Origin: Octopus bimaculoides
Taxonomy: Eukaryota
Assembly: GCF_001194135.2 (NCBI RefSeq)
Contig: NC_068989.1
Span: 71,731,193-71,795,192, forward strand
Length of the DNA stretch: 64,000 nt
Direction of reading: 5' to 3'
Below, piece after piece: positions 61,717-64,000 of the stretch (the first letter of the stretch is position 1; each line of letters opens with the position of its first letter). Below the pieces are notes generated by a model. The model did no database searches. It saw nothing but the letters and a program-made list of their open reading frames with translations, and had not been told where the DNA came from. The position numbers were made by a program, and so were the translations under genes.

Positions 61717-64000
61717 TGACATTAGGAAGGTCATTTAGACATAGAAACCAAACCAAATCACAGTATGTGATGCAACTCTTGCTTGCCAGCTCTGGTCAAA
61801 CTATCCAACCCATGCCAGCATGGAAAGCAGATGTTAAAGGATGATGATGATGTGCGATGCGCACACGCACACACACACACACAATGGGCTTCTTTCAGTT
61901 TCCACTCACAATGTATTAGTTGTCCCAGAGTGATAACAGAAAGGCACTTGTCCAAGGTGCTGCACAGTGGGACTGAAACTGAAGTCACATGGTTGTGATG
62001 CTAACTTCTATTCCTGCACCCATATCAACACACACACACACATCTGTAAGTAATATTGTAACACTAGGTCACTGGATCAACAATAGTATCCTTACCATCA
62101 AATCACATATAACAGAGTTTATAATGTTTGATAGTATATGTTTGTAGGTCTTTCTCTTTACTAAAAGTTTTGTGTATATTTTTGGCCTCATTTTTTTTTT
62201 TTATATGCTCTATTTTTGAGTCAGTATTTTTTCAACTTGGTTTTTAAAATGCCACTAGAAAGCAATTACTCCTATAAATTTAACATATAATCAATATAAT
62301 GATTGTTTGTGTTTAGATTCAAACAGTTGATAACCTCTCTCCTGCTGTTTCATTTTCGTATTCCAGTAGTAAAAGAGAGAGGGGAAAACATTTTTGATTT
62401 TATCTTGCCTAATATAAAAAGCATTAATCTAAAATTTGGAAGAAGACAATTATTAAATGCTATTGGTAGAAATTTGGTGCAAGTAAACCCAAAGACCAGT
62501 AATGCAACAGGTTATAACACCAACAACAACAACAGCAGCAGCACAGTTAACCCATTAAATTTCATGGTTATTCCGGTAATGATGTCAAATATCTACAAAA
62601 AAAGTAGAATTAGTATTTTCTGCAAGTCAAGTTGCCACAATAAATTTGATAGATCTAAACAGAAAATTCTTTCAAACATGACATTCCTTAGCAAACGATA
62701 GACTGGTATATAAAATCAGCTTGCTGCAGTTTAGGTTAGTGAAATTTTGAGTGGATATATCTGATTACTGGCAGAATCTGCTGTATCTATTATGTAATGT
62801 GTCTACATTATATATAATGTGTCTACTACATAATGTGTCTACATAATAATAACAACATGACAAGTAATAGATGTTATTGGTAGAAATACAGCACTAGTAA
62901 TTTCAAAGACTGTCTTTAGTAATGCAACAGATTTCACAATAACAACAATATTAATAATAATGGTTTCAAATTTTGGCACAAGGCAAGCTCTTTAGAGGGG
63001 GGTGGGTAAGTCGATTACATTGACCCTTTCCTCAGTAATTACTGGTTCTTTATTTTATCAACCCCCAAAGGGATGTAAAGTAAAGTCCACATGGTAACAA
63101 TTCTGCCATTTTTCCACCTTCAAAAATAATAATTATTCTTTCTGTTGTAAGTACGAGGCCTAGTATTTTTCAGGGGCTAGTTGATTACACCAACCCCACT
63201 ACTCAACTGGTACTTCTTTTATCAACCCCAACACAATGAAAGGCAAAGTTGATCTCAACTTTGTACTCAGAACATAAAGACAAATGATATGCCACTAATC
63301 ATTTGGTCTAGTGTCCTAATGATTCTGTCAGTTTGTTTCCTTTGGTTTCAAATTTTTGGCACGAAGTCAGCAGTTTTAAGAGATTAAATCGACCCCAGTG
63401 CCCAACTGGCACTTATTTTATCAACCCCAAAAGCATGAAAGGCAAAGTAGACCCCAACAGAATTTGAACTCAGGATGTAACATCACCATCATCATTCAAC
63501 ATCCATTGTCCATGCTGGCAGGGGTCAGGTGGTTTCACCAGAGCCAGCAAGCTGGGGAGCTGCACCAGACTCCAGTCTGATTTGGCATGATTTCTATGGC
63601 TAGATGCCCTTCCTAATGCCAACCACTTTACAGAGTGTACTGGGAGCTTTTATATGGGACCACACAGGTGCTTTTACATGGGGCTGCATGGGTGGTTTTA
63701 CGTGGCATCGCATGGGTGCTTTTACGTGGTGCCATATAACACCAGAGGAAATACTAAGCATTTTGTCCAGTGTGCTAATGTTTCTGCCAGCTCATCACCT
63801 TAATAATAGTCATAATATTTTCTATTATTGGCATAAGGTCGGCAATTTGTAAAAAAAAATACGGAGCTTCTGTTTTTTCCATGATAAAGTCCTCTAAGCT
63901 GTTTCATCTTATTTTTTCAATACATATTTACTTGTGTGTGACCTAACAATCATTCAATTTATCTGTCCCTCTAACTAATATATATATATATATATATATA

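Noticed and set aside
62303-62701. 132-aa ORF
   Set aside because: AT-rich low-complexity sequence with no motif or splice support.

Overview
AT-rich, microsatellite- and repeat-dense animal genomic window with 11 N-gaps. The SINE/LINE repertoire looks like Octopus (coleoid cephalopod); this is inference, not a database hit. Almost all ORFs in the supplied track are spurious (microsatellites, SINEs, gaps). Two real protein-coding genes were reconstructed by splice-site reading. (1) The last two exons of a divergent SLC16/monocarboxylate-transporter-like MFS gene on + (1349-2428, 4062-4234). (2) Three exons of a spermidine/spermine (diamine) N-acetyltransferase SAT1/SAT2-like GNAT gene on - (38882-38799, 35217-35075, 18260-18090), of which only the 84-nt exon appears, unrecognised, inside an ORF-track entry; its 5' exons were not found. 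The rest is a TE landscape: decayed MULE, Helitron, Penelope, Tx1/L1, RTE and RLE fragments, several tRNA-derived SINE families, and Tc1/mariner, hAT, MULE-type and Helentron-type non-autonomous elements. Most interesting leads: an E/H substitution at the canonical MCT TM8 D/R pair, a ~310-bp hairpin plus a stop-containing candidate cryptic exon in the SAT intron equivalent to the human SAT1 poison-exon intron, a hammerhead-like motif with U3-A8 covariation in the Penelope tail, and a sharp CpG boundary at ~9.4 kb. No clearly novel multi-gene system could be demonstrated.
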